A program made the translations under genes and the position numbers. Source: Macrostomum lignano (lineage: Eukaryota). Taken from it: a stretch of 64,000 nucleotides of DNA. Positions 23,201 through 35,100 of the stretch are shown one piece after another. The DNA lies in NCBI GenBank assembly GCA_002269645.1, contig NIVC01001573.1, positions 124,001 through 188,000 on the forward strand, written 5' to 3'. The notes under the pieces are model-generated. The model worked only from the letters and a program-made list of their open reading frames with translations. It did not search any database and was not told where the DNA came from. Position 1 is the stretch's first letter, and the number at the start of each line of letters is the position of its first letter.

Positions 23201-26200
23201 ATTATCAAAGGTAGAGAATAGGGGCGATATCAAAGGTAGATAATAGGGGCGATATTCAAAGGTAGAGAATAGGGGCGATACTCAAAGGTAGAGAATAGGG
23301 GCGATACTCAAAGGTAGAGAATAGGGGCGATTCTCAAAGGTAGAGAATAGGGGCGATTCTCAAAGGTAGAGAATAGGGGCGATTCTCAAAGGTAGAGATT
23401 AGGGGCGATTCTCAAAGGTAGAGAATAGGGGCGATTCTCAAAGGTAGAGAATAGGGGCGATACTCAAAGGTAGAGAATAGGGGCGATTCTCAAAGGTAGA
23501 GAATAGGGGCGATTCTCAAAGGTAGAGAATAGGGGCGATTCTCAAAGGTAGAGATTAGGGGCGATTATCAAAGGTAGAGAATAGGGGCGATATCAAAGGT
23601 AGATAATAGGGGCGATACTCAAAGGTAGAGAATAGGGGCGATACTCAAAGGTAGAGAATAGGGGCGATTCTCAAAGGTAGAGAATAGGGGCGATTCTCAA
23701 AGGTAGATAATAGGGACGATACTCAAAGGTAGATAATAGGGACGATTCTCAAAGGTAGATAATAGGGACGATACTCAAAGGTAGATAATAGGGACGATTC
23801 TCAAAGGTAGATAATAGGGACGATTCTCAAAGGTAGATAATAGGGGCGAACCAGTTGATTTCCAGAGCATCAGAGGCCAAGCCCAGTGCAGGCCAGTGCT
23901 GGCAAGACGAGGCTCACCTGCAAGTTGCACGGCGCTGCCGAACACCTGGCCGCAGCAGCCGCAGGCGCAGTCCTCCATCCGGCCGCTGTGCAGCCCGTGG
24001 CAATGATCGAGAAAGGCGGTCTTGTCCTCCAGATAGGCTGAGCAGTGAGGACACGGGTACAGGTCCTGGGCGGTGGCTGCGGAGAAGTGACGCAGCTGGT
24101 GCTCGCCAATGTCAGCAGCGGGAACCTGGGTGAGGCAGTAGGGACACACGGACTCGACAGCGTTGTGCTCTGCGGCTGCGTGCTTGCCCAGCTGGCTGGG
24201 GTCCCAGGATGAGTAAGCCAGGCAGAAGCCGCAGACACAGCAGGCGCTGGCAGACTCGAGTCGGTGCGCCAGCTGCTCATATTTGGCGTGCTGCGAGTCC
24301 TTGTCGAGCAGGGCGGCCCGCTGCTTGCGGAGCTTTGACACTGTCAGCTGGATGATGGGGCAAAGTCAATGATTGTAATCTTATAATTTATTTATATTAA
24401 GGGAATACTAATTATTTATATTAAGGGAATACTAATAATTTATATTAATATAAATTTACTTCTACTAATAAATAAAGTACATATATTTACAAGCATGCAT
24501 ATATGTTGCCTATTTGAGCCAACTAGCAGAATCCCCAAGTTATTCCGAAAATCAAATTATTTTACTACTAAACCCTTGTGTTTTTAATGAAAAACTATTG
24601 TTTTGACTTTTAATAGTTTAACTTTCATTTTATATGGATATTGCTACATATACAGACCTAAATTAGTCTAGTCTTTGGGTTTACTTATGTGGCAAATAGA
24701 TTTCTGGCAATATGGCTAGTTTATATTTTGGTATCCAAATATACACTAGGCAGCTATCCAAAATGCATAGTCCATATCATGCTTGGAGTTACACCAGAAG
24801 AAAACTGATGAAATTTTATCATTTATGCTTGACTTATGTCAGGCTTAAGCACTGCATGCCAGGCATAATGCTTAGACTAAGGGAGGGGGTGCAGGGCAAT
24901 TTGTACAAACATTTTTCAATTCAAAAAGTTTCATGTTTCCACTTGTATATTATAGTTAAAACTCTATAAATACTAAAGTATAAAAAAATGTAAAAGTTGT
25001 TGCATTATAGTACAATTTCTAGATTTTGAACTTTGTTTTTACTTTCTATAAATAATAAAATATAGTTAGTTCTTTGAATTCTTCATTTTATTAGGCTTAC
25101 AAAATAAGGTAATTTTTAACCAATACATGGTTAGGCCTATTATATGCCAGGCCAGAAGATAATATAGTTGTTTTTATGCTCTAGCCATTTGTGCCAATCT
25201 ACTTTTCTATCAATTCTTTTGCTAGGCATTAATACTAAGGCTAATTTTTTTCTAGATTTCTAGATGCTAGTTTTCTAGTATAATTTTAACAAAATGGACT
25301 ATGGTCCAAAATATAACCAAAGTGCCTAGAATATTTGTATATATAAATAATAACTATGCAATTTAAAATTATTTAGAATAAGTTGGATTTTGTGCTTTTG
25401 AAAAAAAATATTGACCATAATTAGGCCTAGCATAAAGAATGTTTTAGTTAATATTAGGCCTAAGTTTAAAAATCTGATCTAATATTATTTTAATCTATAA
25501 CTTTCTAAAATATAATTTTAATTGGCTTATATTATAGTTGCACTGTTAACATAGGACTTATACTTCTAAAAAGAACAAAATGTTATTGATTAAGTGATAG
25601 TTTAAGCAATATTCAACGAAGTCTAAGATTAGACTTTAGACATAGGCCTAGGAAATCATGATTATGTGCATAGGCTTTTGTGAGTTTTTTAGGTTATTAT
25701 ATTTTTACATATATAGTAGGGCCTACAATTTTTTTCAATTTAAAAGCAGAGGCATATCAATAGAGCCTAGCTATATTTTGAATTTATTTAGTTTTAAAAT
25801 ATTTTTAAATTAAAAATGCAGCTCTTTGTCATAGGCCTAGAACATATGGCATTTGTAGGCTGTATCTTTTTATCTTAAGATTTATATGGGTGTGGATCTA
25901 GAATAGGGGACATCAATCACTAAGGTAGGGCCTACATTATACACGTAATGTATTATGTATATAATATTTATAGGCTTATGCTTTTGCTTATATACTATTT
26001 ATTTTAGGGCCTACAGGCTACAACCTACAAAAATGTGCACAGGCTAGGCCTAAGCTGTAAACAGGTGCCAGATCAAGTTCAGTACAGGTACAGAAATCTA
26101 ATAATTTTATATATTTACCTCCATAAAAGACGACGACGAGTCACTTATTGTGTGGTTATCTTTAGAATTTTTGTCACCCGTACCATTCATACGACTAAAT

Positions 26201-26208
26201 GGAAGCAT
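7162..26208 (-). CDS. Large multi-C2H2 zinc-finger protein (~1700 aa). Exons 26119-26208 (tentative first exon), 23918-24347, 21150-21655, 16196-16783, 15066-15203, 13804-14352, 11939-12566, 11139-11437, 10105-10584, 7162-8559
   Basis: All junctions GT-AG with matching phases; summed length 5106 nt = 1702 codons. Many CxxC...HxxxH motifs, an acidic tract and poly-Ala/Pro/Gln linkers. The first exon is AT-rich and less certain. Confidence 0.8.
8575..10015. repeat. 23-bp intronic minisatellite (GATTTAGGGTAGATTCTCAGCTA); most units contain TTAGGG
   Basis: Period 23 measured (8763 to 8786); fills the last intron of the ZnF gene. Confidence 0.95.
10625..11075. repeat. ~39-bp intronic minisatellite (GGATCAGGGACTGTCGGTGGGTCAGGATGGGTCAGTGTT)
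   Basis: Direct. Confidence 0.9.
11438..11912. repeat. 28-bp intronic minisatellite (GGGGATCTGGGAGGCTGGCCCAGCAGCT)
   Basis: Direct; fills the intron 11438-11938, and the acceptor AG lies in the last degenerate unit. Confidence 0.95.
12620..13680. repeat. 20-bp intronic minisatellite (TTCAGTCTGGCACTCTTAGA)
   Basis: Direct. Confidence 0.95.
14405..15010. repeat. (CTGT)n microsatellite with CTTAGTGT interruptions
   Basis: Direct. Confidence 0.95.
15335..16195. repeat. 22-bp G-rich intronic minisatellite (GGGTAGACTATTGGGTGGGGTT)
   Basis: Direct; begins at the splice donor 16194-16195. Confidence 0.95.
16815..17181. repeat. 23-bp intronic minisatellite (GAGGATCAGGGGCGGATTCCACT)
   Basis: Direct. 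Confidence 0.95.
17182..20780. other. Unexplained ~3.6-kb GC/CpG-rich, microsatellite-studded island inside the ZnF intron 16784-21149
   Basis: Promoter/5'UTR-like sequence with (GA)n, (CA)n and (GCAG)n runs; no recognisable protein family in its ORFs. Confidence 0.5.
20800..21082. repeat. 27-bp intronic minisatellite (GAGAATCGCCCCACTCAGGACAGCCTT)
   Basis: Direct; carries the reverse complement of the GGGGCGATTCTC core. Confidence 0.95.
21750..22600. repeat. 26-bp intronic minisatellite (GAGACTAGGGGCGATTCTCAGTGCTT)
   Basis: Direct. Confidence 0.95.
22600..23850. repeat. 26-bp intronic minisatellite (GAGAATAGGGGCGATTCTCAAAGGTA), abutting the previous array
   Basis: Direct; the unit contains the inverted repeat GAGAAT-AGGGGCG-ATTCTC. 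Confidence 0.95.
24380..26100. other. Very AT-rich segment enriched in (T)AGGCCT(A) palindromes
   Basis: Sharp composition change; AGGCCT/GGGCCT near 25134, 25423, 25456, 25644, 25719, 25832, 25928, 26007 and 26045. Confidence 0.6.
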
Positions 26209-27309
26209 ATCGACTTCTCGAGCAGATAATATTGCTCAAGAATTATTATTACAAAGTTATTGCCGTATCTATTATTAAAAAGTATTGGAATGACAGCAAG
26301 AAAAACGATTACTTAATTAAAGAAAGAGAAAACAGACTTGAAGAATCATTTAGAGAGGCTTATTATCTCAAAACAAAATATTTCTCTAGACTTAGTGGAT
26401 CAGCCAAGACTTAAGATTTTCTGAACACTTTGACTCAAGGGCACGCCAGTACATATACATTACACACTAGAAACGTGTGAAAATTTCTCGCATGCGGTCA
26501 CAATTCCCCAAGTTAAATTTACTTCGCAGCTGTGCTCACGTGGTATAACAAGCATATTTTGTGTGAATTGCTTAAAACCAATAAAATCAGCTTTATGAAA
26601 ACTGTATGTAAGAAATCAGCAGATTAGTATAAAATGCGATTGATATTAAAGCATCAAAGACTTGCAAAGAAAAAATCGCATTTACGTAACTTTGAGGAAT
26701 TGTGATATCGTGGGGCTACATTATCGGTTTGTGGAGCAGCACGATACCTTCCAAATTCGTAAAAAATATTATTTTGATGCATTCTATTGTTCTATACAAC
26801 ACAGAGATGATCACAAAGGTCAAGTACAGCTATCTAAACGTATAATTCTTCAGTGAATTTAGGGCGACCGATTAGCCAGATGGTCTTCCAATTCAATAAC
26901 AGCAATTCTGAGATCAGAACACATAGTTTCAGAGTAGTACCTTCTTTTATCTAATAAGTCCTTGTTTGTGCTACAAACGTTATAATATCACACATACAAG
27001 TATACGAGCTACATGTACAAACGTATGTACATGTACATGTGTTCAATTAATATAGAAGTAAATTTATACAATTCAATTCATTATTTTAGTGTTAGTTAAT
27101 TTATAAAATGATTTTTTAAAATAACATAACAGATAATAATACGGTAAAAATTTTTCACGGAAGTTGAAAATGGAGTAGATGAGATGTCAGTGACCGCTAT
27201 AATTATCTTCAGCTGCAGGGGCAAATGCATTTTCCAGCCGATGAGGAGCCGCGCTGCCTGGATACGCCCAGCTAGCCTGGCGTCGGTATGAGTGTGCTGC
27301 TAAAATGAG

Positions 27310-28070
27310 CAGTGTTGGGCACCAGTCCGTTAATAAGCGTTAATCCTTTAATAAGCGTTAAAGCGTTAAGATTTTTCATTAACGCTAACGGACTGCCGTT
27401 AAGATTTTTTTGAACTAACGGATTGTTAACGAATTTGCGTTAATAATTTTGTGAGTTACCGAAAAATTCATCGTTAACGTTAATGGCAATGTCAAATGAC
27501 CAAAGACGCAAAGAAAGACCAAAATTTAAGTCTGAAGAGAAGCCAACCGGATGGATTTGAATTTACCTAAATGCACTAAATGAACTTAAATGAACTTTAT
27601 TACTTGTGCGTGAGCATGGATCACTTTTATTCACTTCTTTCCCAATCTTTATTCGTAACTTTCTGCTGCGCCTGCTAATGCTACTGAAACAACCTTCGTA
27701 TTCGTATTATATTATTCACTATTTATATTAGCTTTCCAATTTCAAATAAAAAAGTTAATTCTTTTACCGTATGCTTACTTTTAGTAGTATTATGTATACA
27801 AGTTTTTAAAATATATTATTTAATACTTTTTAGCTTGTAAATCGGTTAGATGACCTTTGTGTTTCGCTAAAAGGTGGAAAAGCAAAGACAGTGCATTGTG
27901 GAAGTCTGTTTTGAAAAAAAGTGCAAGATTTCTGTAATTTCTGTGTTAACTTTAACGGATTAACGCTTATTAATGACTGTCGGTTAATTTTCAGTTAACT
28001 TAACGAAATTAAATAAGAGTTAATAAGTTAAGATTTTCTTGTTTTAACGCTAACGCTTTTGCTAGTACAA
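27310..28070. mobile_element. MITE-like / non-autonomous DNA transposon remnant
   Basis: Perfect 17-bp inverted repeat TTAATAAGCGTTAATCC (27330-27346) / GGATTAACGCTTATTAA (27957-27973). Clusters of TTAAC/GTTAA motifs at both ends; left end begins CAGTGTTGGG. No TSD seen. Confidence 0.45.
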
Positions 28071-29177
28071 ACTATACTAGCAAAAGTGGTTTTTGTTAGT
28101 ACAAACTGTATATTTGTGTCAAGAAAACAACGGATCGGTAATCTTTTTATATAGAATTTAAAGTCAGGGACAAATATTTTGTACAATATTGTGTTTGCCT
28201 CGAAAGAGAGCCATGCATGCCGTGTACTCGTAATGTACATGTGAAATCTACAGTCTAGATGGGCTTTCTTTCGAATCTGACTGCAGATAGGGATATTGAC
28301 TGTACATATGCATTATGCTTGTGCATGTACAGTATATGGCGGACATAAATGCTGACAAATAGTGGACTTTTTACAAGTATTTGCATGCGTGAATCCTTCT
28401 ACAATCGTGTATATGCTATAAACATCGAAATTATGCGTAGATTAAAAAATATAATGTAATTGCATTAGCCAAGTAAGTACATTTTAGCTTAAATTCTCGT
28501 ATGTTGGGCATCAATATGAATTTTTCTACGAATGAGCAGTGTGCAGTCGGTGGCCATGCATGCTTGCAACTACATGTACATCTACATGCACTTGCACTCA
28601 GAAGCGAGAGCAATTATATCGCATGCATTGACGTACCGAGCTAAAATTAACATATTTCAGCAGGGCTCGTACAGTGTAAAGATAAACAAAATGTCACGGT
28701 ACGTGAGTTACCTCGAAGCTTTACACAAGAAGCCTGCATTAAAGCATAGAGTGAGAGGACGAGTGTGCTCAATATGCTCCGAATCAAGACAACTTCGGTT
28801 GAGACGAGAAAAAAGACAGAGAAAGGTGAGCGAGCTGTGGCGAGGAAAGAGCTGTACAGAGCTTGCGGCAAACAGAAATGTTGCATTGGACAGCGCCATA
28901 TCCAACGTGCACTCCGAGCACACGGCTTAAATTCCTGGGCCATTGCAACGAAGAGAAGCTGAGAGTCTCCACTACTTCGTGGGCGGTTTCAAGCAGCTTT
29001 TTGACAATACCAACTCAGCCACTTGACATCCCTGTCCACGAAACCTACCTACCATTTATCTTGCAAAATGGCGGAGGTAAGCAGCTATTACTGACATGTG
29101 TTTACGTCAAATTGACTCATTACAGCTTGTATGAAACCTTCCAACCGCCACCTATATCCTCCACTTTACAGTCATCG

Positions 29178-32100
29178 ATGCCGAAACGAAGTGAAGACGA
29201 CTGCGACATGGTCACCAGCCTGCAAGAGCCGTTTTGTGAGTCGTTTTTTATTATTAAGTCATTTAAAATTCATTGTTGTGTAGTGTAGTTTAAGTTTACT
29301 TGGCGTTACTCCTACTATGGGTTCTATTGTAATTTCAGTGGTTTCTGCCCTGTTTTAGTGGTTTGGTCTTTCGTGTTGCAGTGCTTTCTATCATGTTGCA
29401 AGGATTTCTGTCGTGTTGCAGTGGTTTCTGTCGTGTTGCAATGCTTTCAGTTCTGTTGCTATGGTTTCTGTCGTGTTGCTATGGTTTCTGTCGTGTTGCT
29501 ATGGTTTCTGTCGTGTTGCAATGCTTTCTGTCGTGTTGCAATGCTTTCAGTCGTGTTGCAGTGGTTTCTGTCGTGTTGCAATGCTTTCTGTCGTGTTGCT
29601 ATGGTTTCTGTCGTGTTGCTATGGTTTCTGTCGTGTTGCAATGCTTTCTGTCGTGTTGCAATGCTTTCTGTCGTGTTGCAGTGGTTTCTGTCGTTTTGCA
29701 ATGCTTTCTATCATGTTGCAATGCTTTCTGTCGTGTTGCAATGCTTTCTGTCGTGTTGCAATGCTTTCTGTCGTGTTGCTATGCTTTCTATCATGTTGCA
29801 ATGCTTTCTGTCATGTTGCAGTGCTTTCTGTCGTGTTGCAGTGGTTTCTATCGTGTTGCAGTGGTTTCTGTCTTTTTCAATGGCTTCTGTCGAGTTGAAA
29901 AGATTCCTGTCATGTTGCAGCAGTTGCTGTCGCGTTTCAATGGGTTCTGTTGTGTGGCAGAGTGAGTTTTTGCTGTGTTGCAGAATGGGTTGTGTGAAAT
30001 GGGTTCTCTGCATAGTTGTAATTTGTCTGCAAGCAGATTATATGTGCATTGGCAATTCTAAATTCTCAAAGAATCCAAATAAATTTGCAAAGCAATCTTT
30101 AGAAAAGACTTACCCAATAATATCCCTGAACTATCCAGTATCCAAGGCGGAGCTCGCATTACACGAAGCCGCTCGCTCAGGCAATCGAACTCGAGTTGAG
30201 AAACTGATCAAGGTGACGGGCAAGATTGATTGCAGAAACAGTTTGGACCGCACGGCGCTGCACATGGCGGCCAGCAAGGGCCACAGGGAGATCGTCAGAA
30301 TCCTCATCGAAAGCGGGAAGGCCAGCGTCGAAGTGACCGACAAGTTCGGCATGTCTCCGCTGATGTGGGCGACGTATTTCGGCCATACAGAAGTCGTCAA
30401 CTTACTGTTGGACAGATCGGCAAACATCAGACGGCGGAACAAGGTGCCAATCTTTTATCCAGAGTTTTGGTTGTACGATGCTTCGATTGTACGCTCTTCT
30501 GAAACTCCGGATAGCGGTCTGATTTACAGGTTGCTCAGGGCCGCCATTCCAACTGAGGGGGAGGGGGCTGGCATAAACAGTCCAGTTGGAAACCCTAAAT
30601 CCCCATACAGGTGACAGCCTGGTAAATTCATTTGACGTAGTTTCAACCAAATTCCCATATTCAGCTTGGAATGCACGTGGTACACATCGCGGCCGAGCAG
30701 AACCACTGCGAATTGGTGAAGATCTTCATCAACAAGACGAAGAAGACTCTGCTGAATGACACTGAAAAGGTAATGGCGGAGCACTAATTCAACATATTTT
30801 ACTCCTAATGGTAGCTTACTCGTTCCAAGTGCTCCTCAATTTTCAGAACGGCATGACGGCAGTGATGATCGCCGCTGCGAAGGGCAACGGAGAAGTTGTC
30901 CAGAGCCTCATCAGCCTGGGAGCCGACTTGAAGATTCGCGACAATGTCAGTCATACATAGGGAATGGTTCAACGATGAGTTCAATCTTTGGGTTTTGTTG
31001 TGTTGCAGTGGGTTTTGTTGTGTTGCAGTGGGTTCTGTTGTGCTGCAGTGGGTTCTGTTGTGTTGCAGTGGGTTCTGTTGTGTTGCAGTGGGTTCTGTTG
31101 TGTTGCAGTGGGTTCTGTTGTGTTGCAGTGGGTTCTGTTGTGTTGCAGTGGGTTCTGTTGTGTTGCAGTGGGTCTGTTGTTTTGCAGTGAATTGTATTGT
31201 GTTGCAGTGAATTCTTTTGTGTCGCAGTGAATTCTGTTGTGTTTCAGTGAATTCTGTTGTGCTGCAGTGGGTTCTGTTGTGCTGCAGTGAATTCTGTTGT
31301 AGTGCAGTGGGTTGTGCTTGTTGCAGTGGGTTCTGTTTTGCCGTAGTTCATACTTATTGGTGCTATAGATGTTGATTCTGTCATTTTTCCATGGGTTCTG
31401 TCATACTGCTCTATCTATTTGTGTGCTCTATCTTATTTCATTGCGTGCAGTCATGTTGCAGTGCCTTCTTCCGCGTTGACGTAGGCTTTATGGCTGGCAA
31501 CGTTGACATTACATTGTCTTTAAGTAGTTCGGCTTTCAGATGTATTTTTATTTAGCTGCTTCGAATCCTACTATCGCGCAATATCCGCTAATTCATTCCG
31601 AAAACCACCGCACTCACGCAAAAGCGAAAGCGGACGGTGCTTCACGTGGCGGCGGAGAGTGGCAACGAGCGGGTTCTGGACAACCTCATCGCTGACGGGC
31701 CAAAAATGCGCGAACTGATCAACGAGAGGGACGATCGCGGCCGGATGCCGATTCACTACGCCGTGGAGAAGGGCTTCGCCGGCGCCGTGGAAATTCTGCT
31801 GGCTTTCGGGGCCTCCCCGAACGATACCACGGATGTGAGGATCCAGGGACGGGGGTAAATAGTTAAGGGGAGTAGATAGTAAGGGAAGTAGGTAGTGAGG
31901 GGAGTAGATAGTGAGGGGAGTAGATAGCGAAGGGAGTAGATAGTGAGGGGAGTAGATAGTGGGGGAGTAGATAGTGGGTTGGAATAGATTGTGAAGGGAG
32001 TAGATAGTGGGGGAGTAGATAGTGAAGGGAGTAGATAGTGAGGAGAGTAGATAGTGGGGGAGTAGATAGTGGGTTGGAATACATTGTGAAGGAAGTAGAT

Positions 32101-35100
32101 AGTGAGGAGAGTAGATAGTGGGGGAGTAGATAGTGGGTTGGAATAGATTGTGAAGGGAGTAGATAGTGAGAAGAGTAGATAGTGAGTGAGAAGATGTGAG
32201 GGGAGTAGATAGTGAAGGGAGTAGATAGTGAAAGGAGTAGATAGTGGGGGAAGTAGATATTGGGGGAGTAGATAGTGAGGGAGAGTAAATAGTGAGGGGA
32301 GTAGATAGTGAAGGGAGTAGATAGTGAGGGGAGTAGATAGTGAAGGGAGTAGATAGTGAAGGGAGTAGATAGTGAAGGGAGTAGATAGTGAAGGGAGTAG
32401 ATAGTGAGGGGAGTAGATGGTGAAGGGAGTAGATAGTGGGGGAAGTAGATAGTGGGGAAAGTAGATAGTGGGGGAGTGTTTAGTGAGGGGAGTAGCAGAT
32501 AGATAGTTTATAGAAAGACGTGACAATTATTTGATCAAACTGGTCTTTTAGTTGATTTACTACAACATAATTTAATGCCGTTCAATTTCAGTCGGAAGAA
32601 GTGGAGACTGTTGCAAATTCTGCAACCCCAATAGCAGTGCATGTATGATCTGATTGAAATGATTGCCATCAAATTTGTCACTAAACTGTTTTTTCAATTG
32701 GCTTCACTTTAAAAGTTTTAACAAAAAACAATTTGTGAATCTGTTATTGAAATAATCACGCTCTCGACTTTGTTTGCGTTGCTATAACAACAAGTAAACA
32801 TTTTGAATTGATTTTGCAGTATTTTCGGGATCTAGAACTCACTGGCGCAATCTGTTGGTAGATCTAGAACTCGCTGGTGCAATCTGTTGGTAGATCTAGA
32901 ACTCGCTGGTGCAATCTGTTGGTAGATCTAGAACTCACTGGTGCAATTGGTCGGTAGATCTAGAACTCGCTGGCGAGTTCTTAGTAGCCCTAGAAATCAT
33001 TGCGGAAGAATTTCTCGCGTGTAGATCTAAGAATCACTCTCGATAACTTGCCCAATTCCATCAACAAAGTCAGGAACCACAGGTGGGACTTACATGGCTT
33101 ACATAGGACTAACAAAGAAATTTAGTCATGTTTTTTCTTGACTTCCCGCCCACGCTCAGAGCGTGTTCAATTCCAACATGCTAAATTCCATTTCAAGCAA
33201 AGCCACCCGATCTCGCCCATCCAGCCGGAGATGTCACCTTTCCTGCTGGCCGCCCGCGAGAAGAAGCCGAACGAAGACGAACAGCCAGCCGAGGCGTTCG
33301 CCGACGGCGCAGCTCCGGGCGAAGGCGGCAAGCCGCGACCGCAGCACGGAGAGATTTTGCGACGTCTGGTGCAGGCGGGGACGGACATTGACGCTGTCAA
33401 CAGCGTAAGCCTGCTGGATGAAGAGGATACAGTGTGTAGACAGTGTAGCTGAGGTGATGCTTTGACAGTGTAGCTGAGGTGATGCTTTGACAGTGTAGCT
33501 GAGGTGATGCTTTGACAGTGTAGCTGAGGTGATGCTTTGACAGTGTAGCTGAGGTGATGCTTTGACAGTGTAGCTGAGGTGATGCTTTGACAGTGTAGCT
33601 GAGGTGATGCTTTGACAGTGTAGCTGAGGTGATGCTTTGACAGTGTAGCTGAGGTGATGCTTTGACAGTGTAGCTGAGGTGATGCTTTGACAGTGTAGCT
33701 GAGGTGATGCTTTGACAGTGTAGCTGAGGTGATGCTTTGACAGTGTAGCTGAGGTGATGCTTTGACAGTGTAGCTGAGGTGATGCTTTGACAGTGTAGCT
33801 GAGGTGATGCTTTGACAGTGTAGCTGAGGTAATGCTTTGACAGTGTAGCTGAGGTGATGCTTTGACAGTGTAGCTGAGGTGATGCTTTGACAGTGTAGCT
33901 GAGGTGATGCTTTGACAGTGTAGCTGAGGTGATGCTTTGACAGTGTAGCTGAAGTAATGCTTTGACAGTGTAGCTGAGGTGATGCTTTGACAGTGTAGCT
34001 GAGGTGATGCTTTGACAGTGTAGCTGAGGTGATGCTTTGACAGTGTAGCTGAGGTGATGCTTTGACAGTGTAGCTGAGGTAATGCTTTGACAGTGTAGCT
34101 GAGGTGATGCTTTGACAGTGTAGCTGAGGTGATGCTTTGACAGTGTAGCTGAGGTGATGCTTTGACAGTGTAGCTGAGGTGATGCTTTGACAGTGTAGCT
34201 GAGGTGATGCTTTGACAGTGTAGCTGAGGTGATGCTTTGACAGTGTAGCTGAGGTGATGCTTTGACAGTGTAGCTGAGGTCACCTGATATGAATGAAATC
34301 TGAGCTCCCAGTACCAAATTTTCATTATCAATTACCTTTTACCGCACGCAGAATGGCTACACCGCCCTGCACTACGCCGCATTGAACGACGATTCCAACG
34401 CAGTGTACACCCTGGTGCACTTTGGCTGCGATATTTCTGCTAAGAATAATGTGAGCTTTAATTGCAACAGACCCATGGCTACTCAATCCTCAGAAGACCC
34501 ATGGCTACTCAATCCTCAGACCATATGGCTACTCAACCCTCACACCCATATGACCACTCAGTCCTCAGACCCATGGCTACTCAATCCTCAGACCCATGGC
34601 TACTCAACCCTCACACCCATGTGACTACTCAGTCCTCAGACCCATGGCTACTCATTCCCCAGACCCATGGCTACTTAATCCTCAGACCCATGGCTACTCA
34701 ATCCTCAGAAGACCCATGGCTAATCAATCCTCAGACCCATAGCTACTCAACCCTCACACCCATATGACCACTCAGTCCTCAGACCCATGGCTACTCAGTC
34801 CTCAGACCCATGGCTACTCATTCCCCAGACCCATGGCTACTTAATCCTCAGACCCATGGCTACTCAATCCTCAGAAGACCCATGGCTAATCAATCCTCAG
34901 ACCCATAGCTACTCAACCCTCACACCCATATGACTACTCAGTCCTCAGACCCATGGCTACTCAATCCCCAGACCCATGGCTACTTAATCCTCAGACCCAT
35001 GGCTACTCAATCCTCAGACCCATGGCTACTCAATCCCCAGACCAATGGCTACTTAATCCTCAGACCCATGGCTACTCAATCCTCAGACCCATGGCTACTC

